Positions 47,709 to 61,439 of a DNA stretch of 64,000 bases are shown here, piece after piece. This DNA comes from the human T2T-CHM13v2.0 reference genome, Homo sapiens: assembly GCF_009914755.1 (NCBI RefSeq), contig NC_060936.1; one strand, 5' to 3'. Numbering within the stretch: position 1 is the stretch's first letter; each line of letters begins with the position of its first letter. The notes below the pieces were generated by a model. It made no database searches. It had not been told where the DNA came from and saw only the letters and a list, made by a program, of their open reading frames with translations. The position numbers and the translations under genes were made by a program.

Positions 47709-48017
47709 TTTTTCTTTTTTTCCTTTTTTTTTTTTGAGACAGACTGTAGCTCTGCCATCCATGCTTGAGTGCAGTAGCACAATCTCAGTTCACTGCAACC
47801 TCTATCTCCCCGGTTCAAACAATTCTTCTACCTCAGCCTCCTGAGTAACTGGGATTACAGGTGCGTGCCACCACGCCCAGCTAATTTTTGTATTTTTAGT
47901 AGAGACAGGGTTTTGCTTTGTTGGTCACGTTGGTCTCCAACTCCTGACCTCAGGTGATCTGCCCACCTCTGCCTCCCAAAGTGCTGGGATTACAGGCATA
48001 AGCCACAGCACCCAGTT
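47709..48017 (-). mobile_element. AluSx/Sz
   Basis: Poly(T) and ctcctgacctcaggtgatctgccc. Confidence 0.92.
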
Positions 48018-48239
48018 AAAGCAGGACATTCTTTTTGTCTCATAGCAATGCAATTACCTCAGAAAGGAAAACTTCAATAATCAAAAGTCTTAAGAATTTT
48101 AATAATTCATCTTCAGGGTTCACAAAAATCACATATTTTTTGAAATTACGTATAACTTATCTTGTTGTTTAAAGAATAATGTTTCTTTCCAAGTAGGCTA
48201 TAATTTCAGTTACAGAATAGGGATTAAAATTATAGTTTA

Positions 48240-48420
48240 TTGTCAAATACTGGCAACACTATTCAGTAGAGTTTTGTGTCCTTAGACAATTCAGTCTCTT
48301 TAAGCTTAACTTTCCTCATCTGCAATTTGTGTATAAAAATTAGTCCTTCTTCCTGGCATAATACATGTAACCCAGAATCTGGCACATAATAAACACTAAA
48401 TCTACTTTAAATAATAATAA
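48240..48420 (+). mobile_element. MIR
   Basis: gtgtccttagacaattc...tttcctcatctgcaa...tggcacataataaacact. Confidence 0.55.
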
Positions 48421-48496
48421 TGAGAATGACAGTAAGATTATCTGTTGATTCTTCACTTTGTTTCTTTTTTTTCTTCTTCTTCTTGTTCTTTAGAGA

Positions 48497-48700
48497 GATT
48501 GGGAACTACTGTTCTCTTAGGCCAAATTATGTCTATGGCCTCATTTGGTATGGCTCATGACACAAGAATGTTTTTGCATTTTTAGAGGGCCATAGGAAAA
48601 TAAACAGAGAACAAAGAAGAAAATGCAGCAGAGACCTCATGGCCTGCAAAGCCTAAAATGTTTATTACCTGGCCATTGAGAGAAATGTAACTGACTCTTT
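48497..48700. mobile_element. MER58-like hAT-Charlie MITE
   Basis: gcagcagagacctcatggcctgcaaagcctaaaatgtttattacctggcc. Confidence 0.7.
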
Positions 48701-49227
48701 GCTGAGTTATGTGTAATTAATATATATATTTAATTTTGTATTTAATAAACTCTTAGTTTCTCTTAGTCTACCTGAGGAAAAAAAGTGAAAAGAATTCAGT
48801 AATCATATAATACCCTCACATTTGCTTAATTGACTATCTTACTCAGGATAGATAAATAAAAATAATAAAAGAAACTCAATTTAAGGACCATGTTTTGAAC
48901 AATATGGGTAAAATTTCGTTGACATATAGTAGGCCTTCCTTTAAAACGGTTTTGTAATACTTTAAGCCAGATCATGTAAAGCATAATAAATGATGGAATA
49001 TTTCAGAAATGGACAAAAAAATGGTCAATTCAAATGAAGAAAAGTTGAATAAAACTGGGAGAAAATTACCGGAATCTATTTTGGCAATTAATTGAAGTTA
49101 CAGATTTTATAATTAATTGCTGATGGCTAAAATAGCACCTCTCCATTTCTGCTACTTTATATGCTTTTTAAAGGAAATAATGAATTTTATGAAACTAAAT
49201 ATGGTTAATTAAGTATATTATTTAAAC

Positions 49228-49778
49228 TTAGGCAAAATTCTATTATGGCCCCCAAGATTCCCAGTAGGTGGTGCACCTTCTCCCAGTTACTCAAACACTC
49301 ATATAGGTATTGCTGTGAAAAGATTTTGCAAATATAACTAAGGTCCCAAATCAATTGAAAATTGGATAGGAGAGTAATGGATCTGACCTAATCACCTAAG
49401 ATCAACATCAGGAGAGAGATTCTATACAATAGCAATTCATTATTGGCTTTGAAGCTGGTGGGGTCATGTAACAAGGAATGTGTGTGTTAATTGGGAGCTA
49501 CAAGATGGCTCTGGAGGAAACAAAAGCCTCAGTCCTTCAACCACAAGAAACTAAATTATGCCTAAATTCTGAATGATGTTAGAAGCAGATTCTTCCCCAG
49601 AGCCTCTTGCCTTGAACTCAGCTCATCTAACAGTTTGATTTTAGCCAGGAAATTCCTGAGCAGAAAACCCAGCCATGCTATGTTTGGACTTCTGTCTCAC
49701 AGAACTATGAGCTAATGAATATCATGTCAAGCTGCTGAAGTTGAGGTCATTCTTTTTAAGCAATAGAAAACAAATACA
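49228..49778 (+). mobile_element. MLT1E-like LTR
   Basis: atggcccccaagattcc...ggacttctgtctcacagaactatgag...gcaatagaaaacaaataca. Confidence 0.75.
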
Positions 49779-50499
49779 AACTGACATTCTTTAATGTTAA
49801 ATTTCTCACATTTGGGCATTTTTAATTATTTTGAAGATTTTAAGTTTGTCAATTTTATTCTTTTTATACTGGTCAACAGATAAAGTATAATTGTCTGAAT
49901 AGTGAACATATTACACTTAAAGTACATCATTCTTAACAGATGTCAAAGTTTCTCAAGCAGGGAAATAGTAGACACACCTATGATTTCATAACCCTTCTTT
50001 TAATATATTACCTGTCCTTCAGTTTCACAGTAATGACAGACAAATGTAAAAATTTTTAGCTTGTTTTGAACCTCTACTACTTTCAGTTTTGAGCCTTTCA
50101 CCAAGAAACAGAGGACTCTGAGCCCCACGTAGCTATCATGGTGTTTGTTTCAGACACAAGAAAGAAAAAAAAGCAAACAATAATAATTTATGAGTTATTA
50201 TTACCAGGTGGATTATGTTCAAAATTGTGGTATTTAAATTTTATCCTGGATTTATAAATATAACTTTTCCTGAAGGCAATCGTGTTAGATGGGAGATTAA
50301 AGAATTGCTAGTGTTGTGAAAAATATTTGCCTCAAGGCCTGTCTCCTGATCTCCAGAAATATCTTGTCTAATACATCCTGTGGAATTGAAGCAAGTAAAT
50401 GACAGGAAAATACTGTGTGTGGGATGCAAGCCACTACTTTTTCTGAAATTTTTTTTTTCTGCTTTGTACAAACCACTTCATCAGCATTACCTTTTTTAT

Positions 50500-50680
50500 C
50501 TTCATGGCCAGGCTATTGCAGTAAGTACCATCATTATCTCCATATTACAGATGAGTTAGCTAGAGTTTAGTGGGGCTAAGTAACACGTCTAAGATTGCAT
50601 GGCCAGCAAGAGGCCATGACAGGATCTCAACCAGGCTTACTGATCTTTGCTTAGTCACTGCCCAATGTTTCCTTCATGAC
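50500..50680 (-). mobile_element. MIR
   Basis: attatctccatattacagatgag...gctaagtaacacgtctaagattgcatggccag. Confidence 0.7.
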
Positions 50681-50934
50681 TGAACATGAGAAACTGAATA
50701 CCTTCAAATTAAATCAAGTTACTTCATAAATGTTGATGTTTTAAAGCATGTTTAAAATACTTCTAAAATATTTTAGAAAATGCTACATATAGCGGGTTTT
50801 CCATTTTAAATTTAATTTGAAGTCTTAGAAAATTTTTTAAAAATTGACTTCTTTTAATTACATATGATAGAATCAATATCTTATATATGATAGAATCAAT
50901 TGCACAATAAGTTGCAATTGTGCAACTTATTTTT

Positions 50935-52350
50935 TCTAGTTGTTATTTAGTTATAATTAACTTCATTTAACTGTGGTCAGAGAACAGATGCTGAGTGATT
51001 GCAATCATGTGAAATTTGGTGAAGCTTAATCCTAATGTCAAGAAATGCTACATTTGCAATATTCCATGGTGCACTATGAAATGCTCCATGGAAAGAATCT
51101 GTATTCTGTCATTATTGGCTACAGATATGAATGGAAAATAATGTCAAATAGGTCAAGCTTGTTAATTGTGATGTCATACCCTCTGAATCATGAGTGAGTG
51201 TTTTCTGCTTATTTCATCAACTATGGAAAGTGTTCTATTATGATTGTGGATTTACTTGTTTCTCCTAGTTGTGTTAGGTTTTTCTATCCTACAGGTAAAG
51301 CTATGAAATTGGATGCATATAGATTTAAAATTGTTATGTCTTCCTGGAGGACCATTTTATCATTGTGAAAAGTCATCTTCTTCTCTTAAAATGTCTTATC
51401 TTAAGGTCTACTTTCTGATATTATTATACCTATCTCAACCTTCATTGATTAGATTGATGCTATTTATATTCTCCCATCCTTTCAGTTCAACCTTTCCATA
51501 TCTTTAGATTTAAAGTTTACCTCTGGTAAGCAACATGCACTTGGGTTTTATATTTTATCAAGTCTTACAATTCTGTAGTTCTAGAATAGTTAACTTAGAT
51601 TTATAATTACTGAACCATATGGACTATAACAACATTTTTCTTATTTGTTTTCTATTTGGTCTATATGATATTAATTACTTTCTGTTGAATGAAGAAATAA
51701 TCTACTTATTATCTGCTTTCTTGCCTTTTTAAAATTAATAAAAAATATTTTCTTATCCTGTTTTCTCTTTATGGAAATATTAGTTATCTAAACATTAAAA
51801 TGACTCCTTGATTAATTAAAATGTAATAAAAATTTTTATCTTTGGCCTCAATAATATAATAAAAGAACTCTTTAGTTACATTTATTTCATACGCACCTTA
51901 ATTTTATTGTTTGATGCATTTTGATTATATTTATATTTTAATGAACACAAGATGTTTTTAACTAACTTCTAGAGGAAATATTTATTTATATTTATCTACA
52001 TATTTGCCATTTCCGTTTTCCCTCACTTTTTCTTGCATTTCTGTGTTTCTCATTGAGATTTCGATATTTCTACCTGAAGAACTCCAGTTAATGATATCTT
52101 TTATTAAAATTCTGTTGTCCCATTAACCCTTAAGTTTTTATTTGCTGAAAATGTCTTTACTCTGACTTGATTTTTGAAAGTTATTTTTATTTCTTAGAGA
52201 ATTGTGTGTGGGCAGTTATTTTTCTTCTAGATTTTAAAGTAGTATCCCATTGCCTTCTGAGTCCCATTGTTTCTTTTAAATATTGAGCAGTAGGTCATAG
52301 TATTGCTCCTTTGAATCTATTGTGCCCCTTTACTCCTCTGGTTGCTATGT
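50935..52350 (-). mobile_element. Ancient L1M ORF2-region fragment
   Basis: T-rich reverse-strand L1M motifs: ctgtggtcagagaac, gaaagaatctgtattctg, ctgaaaatgtctttactctgacttgatttttgaaag. Confidence 0.6.
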
Positions 52351-52728
52351 AAGGAATGCTTTTTTAAAAAAATGTTATGATAATCAATGCCATTAACATT
52401 GTTTAAAAACCTACTGTTTATCAAATTGTAAATTGTACCTTTTACTTATGCTGTACATGTATGGAAATATCTAGAATGTACATAGAATGTTCAATTCTTG
52501 TCAGTTAATTCGTGCTTTTGCCTAACATATTATTATAATTTTTAAAATTTAGATATATTAAAACAAACAATTTTAGCATAAATATGTTTACAAGTTATAT
52601 TAAAATATTTTTAGTTGTATCTAATCTGACTGAGTTTCAATTTCTTTAAATATTCCATAAACAGTTATAATTAAAAAATTATTCATAGAATATTAATCAC
52701 TGCCTCTGTTTGTATTAACTTTGCTTTT

Positions 52729-52800
52729 AGATAGATGAATAGACAGATAGGTAGATAGGTAGATAGAGAGAGAGAGAGAGAGAGAGAGATAGATAGATAG
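52729..52800. repeat. Compound (TAGA)n/(GA)n microsatellite
   Basis: Read directly. Confidence 0.9.
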
Positions 52801-54564
52801 TTTTTGGCTTATGTTTTTAGATCTTCCAAAGAGAATAAATACTGACAAATTCATATTTCCCAAGATATTATTATTCAGCAGCAGGATAAAAGATCTTTTT
52901 ACAAAGTCATCTTATATAGTGGTTTTTCTATTCTGTTCCATCTTTTATACTAAGTTTATACTGAGATACTAAGATAACATTGTACATTTCTGAATCCATT
53001 ATTTGTTGATGAAAGAGCTATGCGTTGTAATTGCCATGCTCCCATCACAGCTCCTTGAATAGAGTAGGAGCTTGAAAAACATTTGTTGAATAAATGATGA
53101 TATGTTTGAATTAATCAATGAATGCCTTTGAATCTAGGTTTTCTGACTTAATGCTCTGTTTTTTAAATTACTTCCAAATGTATTATCTTTCTTCGGCTGC
53201 CATTTTAGTTTTACACTTATTAAAAACCATTTCCCTTCACTATAAATTTCCCCAAGTATAATGATTTTACAAGGTACAGCCTGTATGAGGTATTGATTGA
53301 CATACGGTCTGGTCTTCAGAGCTTTCCAGAGAATGCAGGTTATGGTGGAGACAGTGAGCACCCTGTTGAGATCAAAGTTACTAAATTCTTCAAGGCCAAG
53401 CTTCTTAAATGCCTGTTTCTTGGCATAATATACCTTGTCTGCTTCTGAATATAAGACAGGATGAAATGTTTTATAAATTTACCGTGAAAAATAGAAGAAA
53501 AGCAAAATAAGTAAGTTGCCATTCTCTTATACCCAATGGCTGAAGAAGCATTGGCAGCAGGAACAGGCTAGAACAGACAGAGGAAGTAAGTGAGGCCATG
53601 CTCTCTCTTACTCCCCACCTAAGAAGTCTTTAACATCTGACATTATTATAACCAAATGTGAATACAAATTATGGGATCATACAGAGATGTCATTAAGGGA
53701 GTTCACCAGCTGGTAGGAAGAGGGAGAGACAACAAAGAAAAATCAATAGCAGTTGCTGAAATATTAAACCTTTTCATGTTACAGTTGTTCCCAGGAGATT
53801 CATTTTGCATACAGATTTTATTTCTCTTATTAAACTTGCTGATTTGCATAATCTTTTCCAGCATTGTATTGAGCAACTGATCAATTCCAGTGCCTTAAAC
53901 ATTTCCTCTTTCTGCATCTTTTCAGTCCAACTATTGCAGTGAATAAGCAATTCTCTAAACATAAGTTTGGCTATACTACAAGAGATGCTGACATGGAAAA
54001 AGAATGTAGTAACCTTAATAGAAACCTTAGTGAAAATGTGAACACATTTTCTCTCATATAAAGAGACGTTCAATACTGGTAAAAAAAAAATGTAAATATT
54101 AAGTGTTGAGCTACAAGGACTTTTCAAAATGTGTAGATTACCAAAACAATAAATAAATCTGACTATTGTTTTTTTTTTCTGGCTTATTTTTATTTTTTTG
54201 TTTTTTCTTTTTGAACAAAAATATCAAAATATTTTTGTAGAGTTACAGGTTTACTTAATGGAACAAATCCTTCTAGTATTAATTTGTATATAGTGTGCAC
54301 TAATTTAGTCAGACCTTTTTTTGTTGCTTATACCCTCAGATATACTCAGTCTTATTTTTTTTTAAGTCTTTGGCATGGATTTGTACTGAAAATAATCTTT
54401 AGGAACATTTTCAGCTAAGATGCTTTATGCTTTGGAGGAAAAATGCCAGCATACGAAGAACAGTATTGAGGAACCCCATAACCAGCATAATCCCCACCCT
54501 CCAAGCAATTTCAAAGAGATTAGGAGTTTCAGATAATAATCCCTAAGGGATTTATGTGATAAAA

Positions 54565-54653
54565 CCATGCTGAAGAAAATTCATTAATACATCAAATTGT
54601 GAACATAAGCCATGTTGAGGAAAATTCATTAATACATCAATTTGTGAGCATAA
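54565..54653 (+). repeat. 45-bp tandem duplication (2 copies)
   Basis: ccatgctgaagaaaattcattaatacatcaaattgtgaacataa / ccatgttgaggaaaattcattaatacatcaatttgtgagcataa. Confidence 0.92.
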
Positions 54654-57409
54654 CCAGTATATTTGAGATGTCTGTTTATGTCCCATGAAAATTTTAACAA
54701 TTTAGCATTATATTTGAATGAACTAAAATTTGATCCCATTCAAGATCAATTATTTTCACAAAATAGATTTCTATATTCTGTACATTAGCAACATGTCAGC
54801 ATAGAAACAGAAGAATTGGCATGTTACTGAAGTCTTTCTTACATGAAAGTATTTAACAAAAGTAAGAAGCTGTTTTAAACTGCAGAATTAATTAAATATT
54901 TAAATTTTCACTCAAGTATACTTTTTGAAATAGGGTCACTGGGATTTGGGGAATCAGGAATTACACATTATTGAAAGACTAAGGCTTGATTTTAAGATAA
55001 CCATTGAAAGAAATGTAAACAAAGGCAGCAACCAAACGGATAATAATTACAGTAAATTTAGTTTACTGAAGTCAAATTTTTCTAGTTCCCCAGGGACAGT
55101 GTTTTCTTTATGCATCCTATAGCAGCCAATCTTTCTTACTCTCTAGGCATTAGAAATTATTTATTTTCTATGGATGGTTTCCTGTACATTATTTAATAGA
55201 GTACAATAAAATTACCTGAGACCAAATCTGAAATATTGTTATACCATTGGGAGAAGACAGTGTTAGTAATATGCACACAATTCTCTGAAATATTGGAAAA
55301 CAGAAGAAATGCAACTTTTTACAATACAACTAGCTAAGTTATAACCCCTCCTACCACCGAATTTTATATGGCATGAATTTATACTTTTCAGTCGTCAGGA
55401 ACAATAGGGACAGGTATACATGGACTCATCCTGGCAGAATGTCCTCTTGGTGTATTCATGTGGAATTTATTTCTATACAAACACACCCATCTACCCTAGC
55501 TTTCCCTCTCAAGCCAGGGAAAGATGGTGAGAGTAGGGGTATATAAACATAATTAAAAGATAGCTATCTTGGGTGCTAGGAGAAATGCAAATGACGGGGA
55601 CTAAGAGCAAAACTTGTAACAGAATATCTTATTTTTCTTCCTTTCATGAATCCCCCCACCCCCACTTCTCCCTTTCTGTCTCCATTTGACTGATACCATC
55701 ACTCACTCTCCCTCCCCACCCCCACTGTACAAACTTAAAATTATATAAATGCCATCTGTTTCATTGCCAATTCAGTGCCAACCATTGCTGATAGATAAGC
55801 TTCACAGAAATAGTAAAAGCTTTTAAGATAAATCAAGTAAAAAAAAAACACTTCCAGAAGAACAACTCAGGTAGCCATGAACAATTATCTACTACTTTCA
55901 AATCCACAGATTTAACACAAAACAATTCCCAATAAAGTTAATTTTATATTTTATATGATTATATTTGATGATTTTCAGAGGGAAGGCAAAATCCTCTAAT
56001 TATATGTGAGTTCACACTAGACAGAACATTGGACTAGTGAGTGGAACATAAAGGATAAACAATGCAAGTAATAAAACAGGCAGTAATTCATTAGTAAGTT
56101 ATTCACATTGAGATAAACCACCCTACATATCATCAAGTAAGTTAGAAGTTCTATTCTTAATAGATATTTATTATCTCATTTTTCATAGAAGGTATGTGTA
56201 CTCATAAACAATTAGAATTATATTGCTAACCCACGACGATGTTTTGAAGGTCAAAGCTCCCTCTTTGCCTAAACATTCATTTTCTACTCAGATAAAATGA
56301 ATCCTAAAAACGTCTCTCCTTGTCTGGGATACAAACAGATATCAAATATCTTCTCAAATTGTTTATGTTCTACAAACGTGTAAGAAGTACTTTCCTCCAC
56401 TTCCGTCTCAGAGTCATTTCTCATGAACCTCTGGATAACAAGGCACCTTTTTTATTTACTTAGGGAAATGCATTGAGCATCTTACTACACTTTGGTCTCA
56501 TTAGAAGACAGTCTTTATTTATGTATTTGCCTTATTGCCTGTCCCAGACCTATTCATTCAGACTGCAAGTAAATTTCAATGTACCTGATTCAGCTGGTTT
56601 CCTGACGTTGATGACTACTCACATTTCATGTTGGATATCTAATCTACAGAGTGACCCTGATGTGAACTAAATAATCTAATAACACACCATATAATACAAA
56701 CATATTAAGATGAGGAGAACCATTGCCTATGGAAAAGATCCCTATAAAGTAGCTAAGGGCACAGTAAGGCTGAGGCCTATGTGGAAAGGGAGGTTGCATA
56801 AAATAATGCCCTTTAGGGAGCAAATAGAGACATTTTGCAACTCCTGATCCTGAGATGCATAATAAAAACTATATTCACCTTAATCTGAATAAACATCTTT
56901 CATTATACAATTAATTTATTTTACTTAGACTCTGTTCATACCCCTCTTGCCTAAAGAAAATGACCAAAAGAGGAATATGTTCAATTATTTTCTTCTTTCA
57001 GATACTTATAATTAGAAAATATTTCTATATTCTAAAATGTCTTTAGATGAGCTATAACTTAGTTAGCAAACAGATATCTTGGTCTTTTCTAGTGGTCTTA
57101 GTAGAAAAAAAAGTGACAGAAAAAGAAAGAAAAGGAGAGCATAAATCTAGTTACATCAGAAAACACTGCAAATACTACACCTAAATGTAATTAGTGAATT
57201 ATTATGGCTAAAATATGCATTTTGTGAGAGTTTTCCATATCCACAAACAGAAGTAAACACAGGAATTTTTAAATGTCTTTTTGGACTAACACTTTAATTT
57301 TGGAGGATGTGAGCTTTACAAATTTTTCCCAAATATATCATAAGAAAATTAACGATTTGATGCATTTTAGCTATTTTTGTAATTGGTGATTTCACATTAA
57401 CAACAAAAA

Positions 57410-57560
57410 CAAGCATTAACACTTAATGAATAGTAACAATGCATCAGGCATGGTATTAAGTGCTTTACATTTTGCATTCATTATGTAATTTAATCTCATA
57501 ATAACCTTATGATACTGTTACTAATGCCCTCATTTCACAAATGAGAACAACTATTTTCAG
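57410..57560 (-). mobile_element. MIR
   Basis: caggcatggtattaagtgctttacat...tttaatctcataataaccttatga...catttcacaaatgaga. Confidence 0.7.
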
Positions 57561-58269
57561 TCACAAAAAGATAGACATTATTTATATTAAAAATTTTTTC
57601 TAAGGGAGTATTTAAAAATCTAATTTTTATTTATTTGTGAGATTACTAAAATATCTAATTATTATATCATATGCCATATACAGTTTGAGGATTATATATT
57701 AATAGAAATGGTTTTTCATTACACAATGCTAAAACGTTTAGCAGTTCAAAAAAATTTAACTATAAAATGTATACCTCAAAGTTTTTCATATTTTCCAGTG
57801 CTGCTTCTTATGTTCCATGATGATTACCAGGGTTTTTGTTTATCACTCACAGATACTAATTTTTAGCTTTCTAAAATTCTACAGTTTTCTATAATCCTGA
57901 GCACAAAAATTGTATATAGTTTGATATAGTGGGAAAATGGAATGTCCTTGATACACAAATACCTTGTTTATTCACATATTTTGAGGAAATTATATTCTAT
58001 TTTTAGTGTAGTTTTTAATGCAAAAATATGCAAAAAACACATACACAAACACATACACACCCTAAATCCCTATAACGGGAAAGTCAATAAAATATAGATA
58101 TTTCTGTTTATTACCAAAAAGGAGCTGTACAAACAAGTTAGTTTTTAAAAAGGAGAATAGCATATTTTTTTCTTTTAGTTAAACAATTCTAGTCAGAGGC
58201 AAAAAAAAAAAAATTGATGTTTTCAGAATTAATTATAAAGGATGAATGCATAGTATTCAAGATATAATC

Positions 58270-58648
58270 TGTGATGCACCACTCAGAACACCCTTCAGAA
58301 ATTAAGGACTTATTCTCCAGGTGTCGAAAGTGTTGTTACCTTTGAGGCTTGCCTCAACTCAGCGCTGCCTTACAGAAGGTCACATTCCCATACTAGGGCA
58401 GACTGCAAGCAATGCCTGATCAACGCGGAGGTATCAAAGACAGCCCCCTTCCTTAGTGGGGAAAACTCTGAATGAATATCCTAGCCTCAACTTCCACTGA
58501 GATCTCATCAGACTTTAACTTCCCCCTCAAACCAGTCTTGCTTCTGTCACTTCCCTTCCATAGGTGTTGCTCTGTAAAGCTTCCTAGATAACCTCTTGCA
58601 CACTAATCTCAGTCTCGGAGTCAGCTTTGTGGGGAACTCAGCCTGGGA
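58270..58648 (+). mobile_element. LTR16-like ERVL LTR
   Basis: Ends aacctcttgcacactaatctcagtctcggagtcagctttgtggggaactcagcctg. Confidence 0.7.
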
Positions 58649-59196
58649 AAATATTCCTTGTTTTGTTTTGTTTTACTTGAGCAGCTCCACCACCAAAAGC
58701 ATTCAAGGTACAGCAATGATAATAACCAACGGAACGGAACAGTTCAACCAATAAGAAACCTCAGAATTAAGTGGCCAGCTTTGTATGTCAGTCTGATAGG
58801 GCAAGCTGCAAAGAAGGTGCAGCCCATCTGGTGCTGCTCCGAAGAAAGTGATATGGTGAAACAGGCCAGGACACCAGGAGAATTTTAAGGATCTATCTCT
58901 TATAAAAAGGCTTGACCAGTTTTGAAAATAATTATATTTCATTTTTATGATGAATATTCGAATAGTGAAAATAATCTGATAAATTTGTCATCTGTTAAAG
59001 TGGGCATCAAATTATTCCTTACTAATACATGATTTTTTTGTTAAAATAGTCCAATGTATTTTTTTAATTTCTAATTTTGAAGAAAAATGGCCAAAATGTT
59101 ACAAATTTAATTGCCATTGTAAATGGCACTATAAGAATAATGGTTTTGACTAAAATTAATCTTAGATTCGAACGTCAAAGTAAAACTTCTTACTAA

Positions 59197-59494
<298 letters not shown>

Positions 59495-60589
59495 CTAGTT
59501 TTCTTTTTATAATGTAAATCTACAGATTTGAAAAGACGTATTGTCTCTGTCAAGTTGAAATAGGGAGATTTGGGTGTAATTCCTTTTAATTTAGCGCAGA
59601 CTTACGTGGCATCTTAGCAATTCAAATAATAAATCTTTCTTATATAACTAAAATTGCAACTCTAGTTTCAAATTTTGAAAAAGAAAAAAAAAAGGAATGT
59701 AAAACTTATTTCTCTATTGAAAATGGCCAGACACACTTGCCTTATAGAACCAACGTTTCTAAAACATTGCTTTTAAGTGAAAGCACACATAAAATATATT
59801 TCAGGGTATTAAATTGAATTACTTTGGCTTCATGTTTTGCTTGTAAAGCAAAATTTCTTACCCTGCCTTCTCCTAACATGTATTGAAGGAACAAAACCCT
59901 TCACAGCTTTTCTCTATATTGTGAAATCAAAGATGACTTGTTTTTAAAATTCATTTAATATTTCTTAGGGTTTTCCTAATGGCTCACAACAGAACAGAGT
60001 TGATAATAATTCTCCCAAGGAATGTGCTCAAGAACTGACCCTTTTGCTCTTATTTAATTCCAATCAATCTTTACTTTTTTCATGCTTTGTTTCATGCAGC
60101 TATAAATCCTCTGCATGCAGGGCAATACACCAACAAATCTGTTTAAGGAGTTTGGCCCAATTTCTTCATGAGTCTTTAGGGTATTTTCTCTAGGTCCTTA
60201 TGAAATCATATAAGATACTGAAGAATTCTTGAAATACAATTTTAAAGTAACCACACAGTTAATAAAAGACAACAAAAATTTGTTTTTTTAATTTTGAGTG
60301 AAGAAAATGTATAATTGGCTTTAAGAATATATTTTGCTTAACATTTTAGCTAATGACACATGTACCAACTATAAATTTTTCTCAAAAACATGCAATGCTA
60401 CCAAATATCACACAGTTCCCCTTAAAAGTTTTTGTTAAAAGAAACAAAAATACACCATCTTCTTTCTTTTAAGCTACTTGCTGCTAAACATTGTGAAAAA
60501 GAAAGGGGAAAAAACCAGCCCTGTACTGGGAAATAAATTTGATACTCACAAGTAAGCATCAATGTTATTACATATTTATCTGGTACTTG

Positions 60590-60987
60590 CAGCTAAGTGA
60601 TATTGCACTCCCGTTAGACATAAACAATCTCACAAAACATCTACTTCATACAACGTCACTGAGCAACCCACAAAATAGCAAACATTTCTCTGACACATTT
60701 ACCCATTACATCTTTATCTTTAGTCTATCCTTTTATAGATGAAATTGATCCACACATCCAATAACAAAATTGCCCAGATTTCTAATAATATCCAATGTAA
60801 AGCAAATCTCTTGTTCAAATTACTCAACCAATGTCCAAATTGTATAAGAAGTTCTTTCTAACACTCTCTTACCGAGTCACACCATTCTTCACTTTGTGAA
60901 CGTTTTGCCTCCCTGCAACCAGGATAAACTCAACTCATTAAACCAAAAGTGTGTTCCTGGCAGTTTTTGGCTGAAAGGAACTGGCAG
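60590..60987 (+). mobile_element. Old ERV LTR-like element (subfamily uncertain)
   Basis: ttctttctaacactctcttaccgag...gtgtgttcctggcagtttttggctg...tggca resembles an LTR 3' end. Confidence 0.45.
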
Positions 60988-61439
60988 TGGCAAGATGTTT
61001 GGGATATTCATAGAACATTAGTGTTTGTTCTAAAAGAAGGGTCTTACAAGCAACCTACAGATGACCAGATCTTCAAATTAACTTTTAAATATTTCTGTCC
61101 AATAAGTGTAAAGTGCTTTTCTAATTTTCAAAATTAGGAAACGATTTTGTCAAAGCTAATGAAGCTGTGCTCTAATCTATATACTTTCTTGCTTAAAGAG
61201 AAGGAATGATTTATTAATTGTCATGCATCAAATCTTGTTTGATGACATTTATTAAAGCTTTCCGGTCTTCTTTTCTGTAGTCTCGATAAAAGTAATTATT
61301 AAAGTTTTTCATTGATAATCACTGCTAATCACTAATCAATACTTTTTACATTTTAATGGAGCTTTTTGGCAATTTATAGTTACCTCACAGGTATTAATTA
61401 TATCAAGACTCTTTGAACTGACCACAAATAATGAAGGGA

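Noticed and set aside
53774-54127. 117-aa minus-strand ORF
   Set aside because: No recognisable domain, runs through a T-tract, and its length is within chance expectation.
58658-58942. GC-richer stretch with 76-79 aa ORFs on both strands next to the LTR16-like element
   Set aside because: No recognisable protein or convincing exon boundaries.
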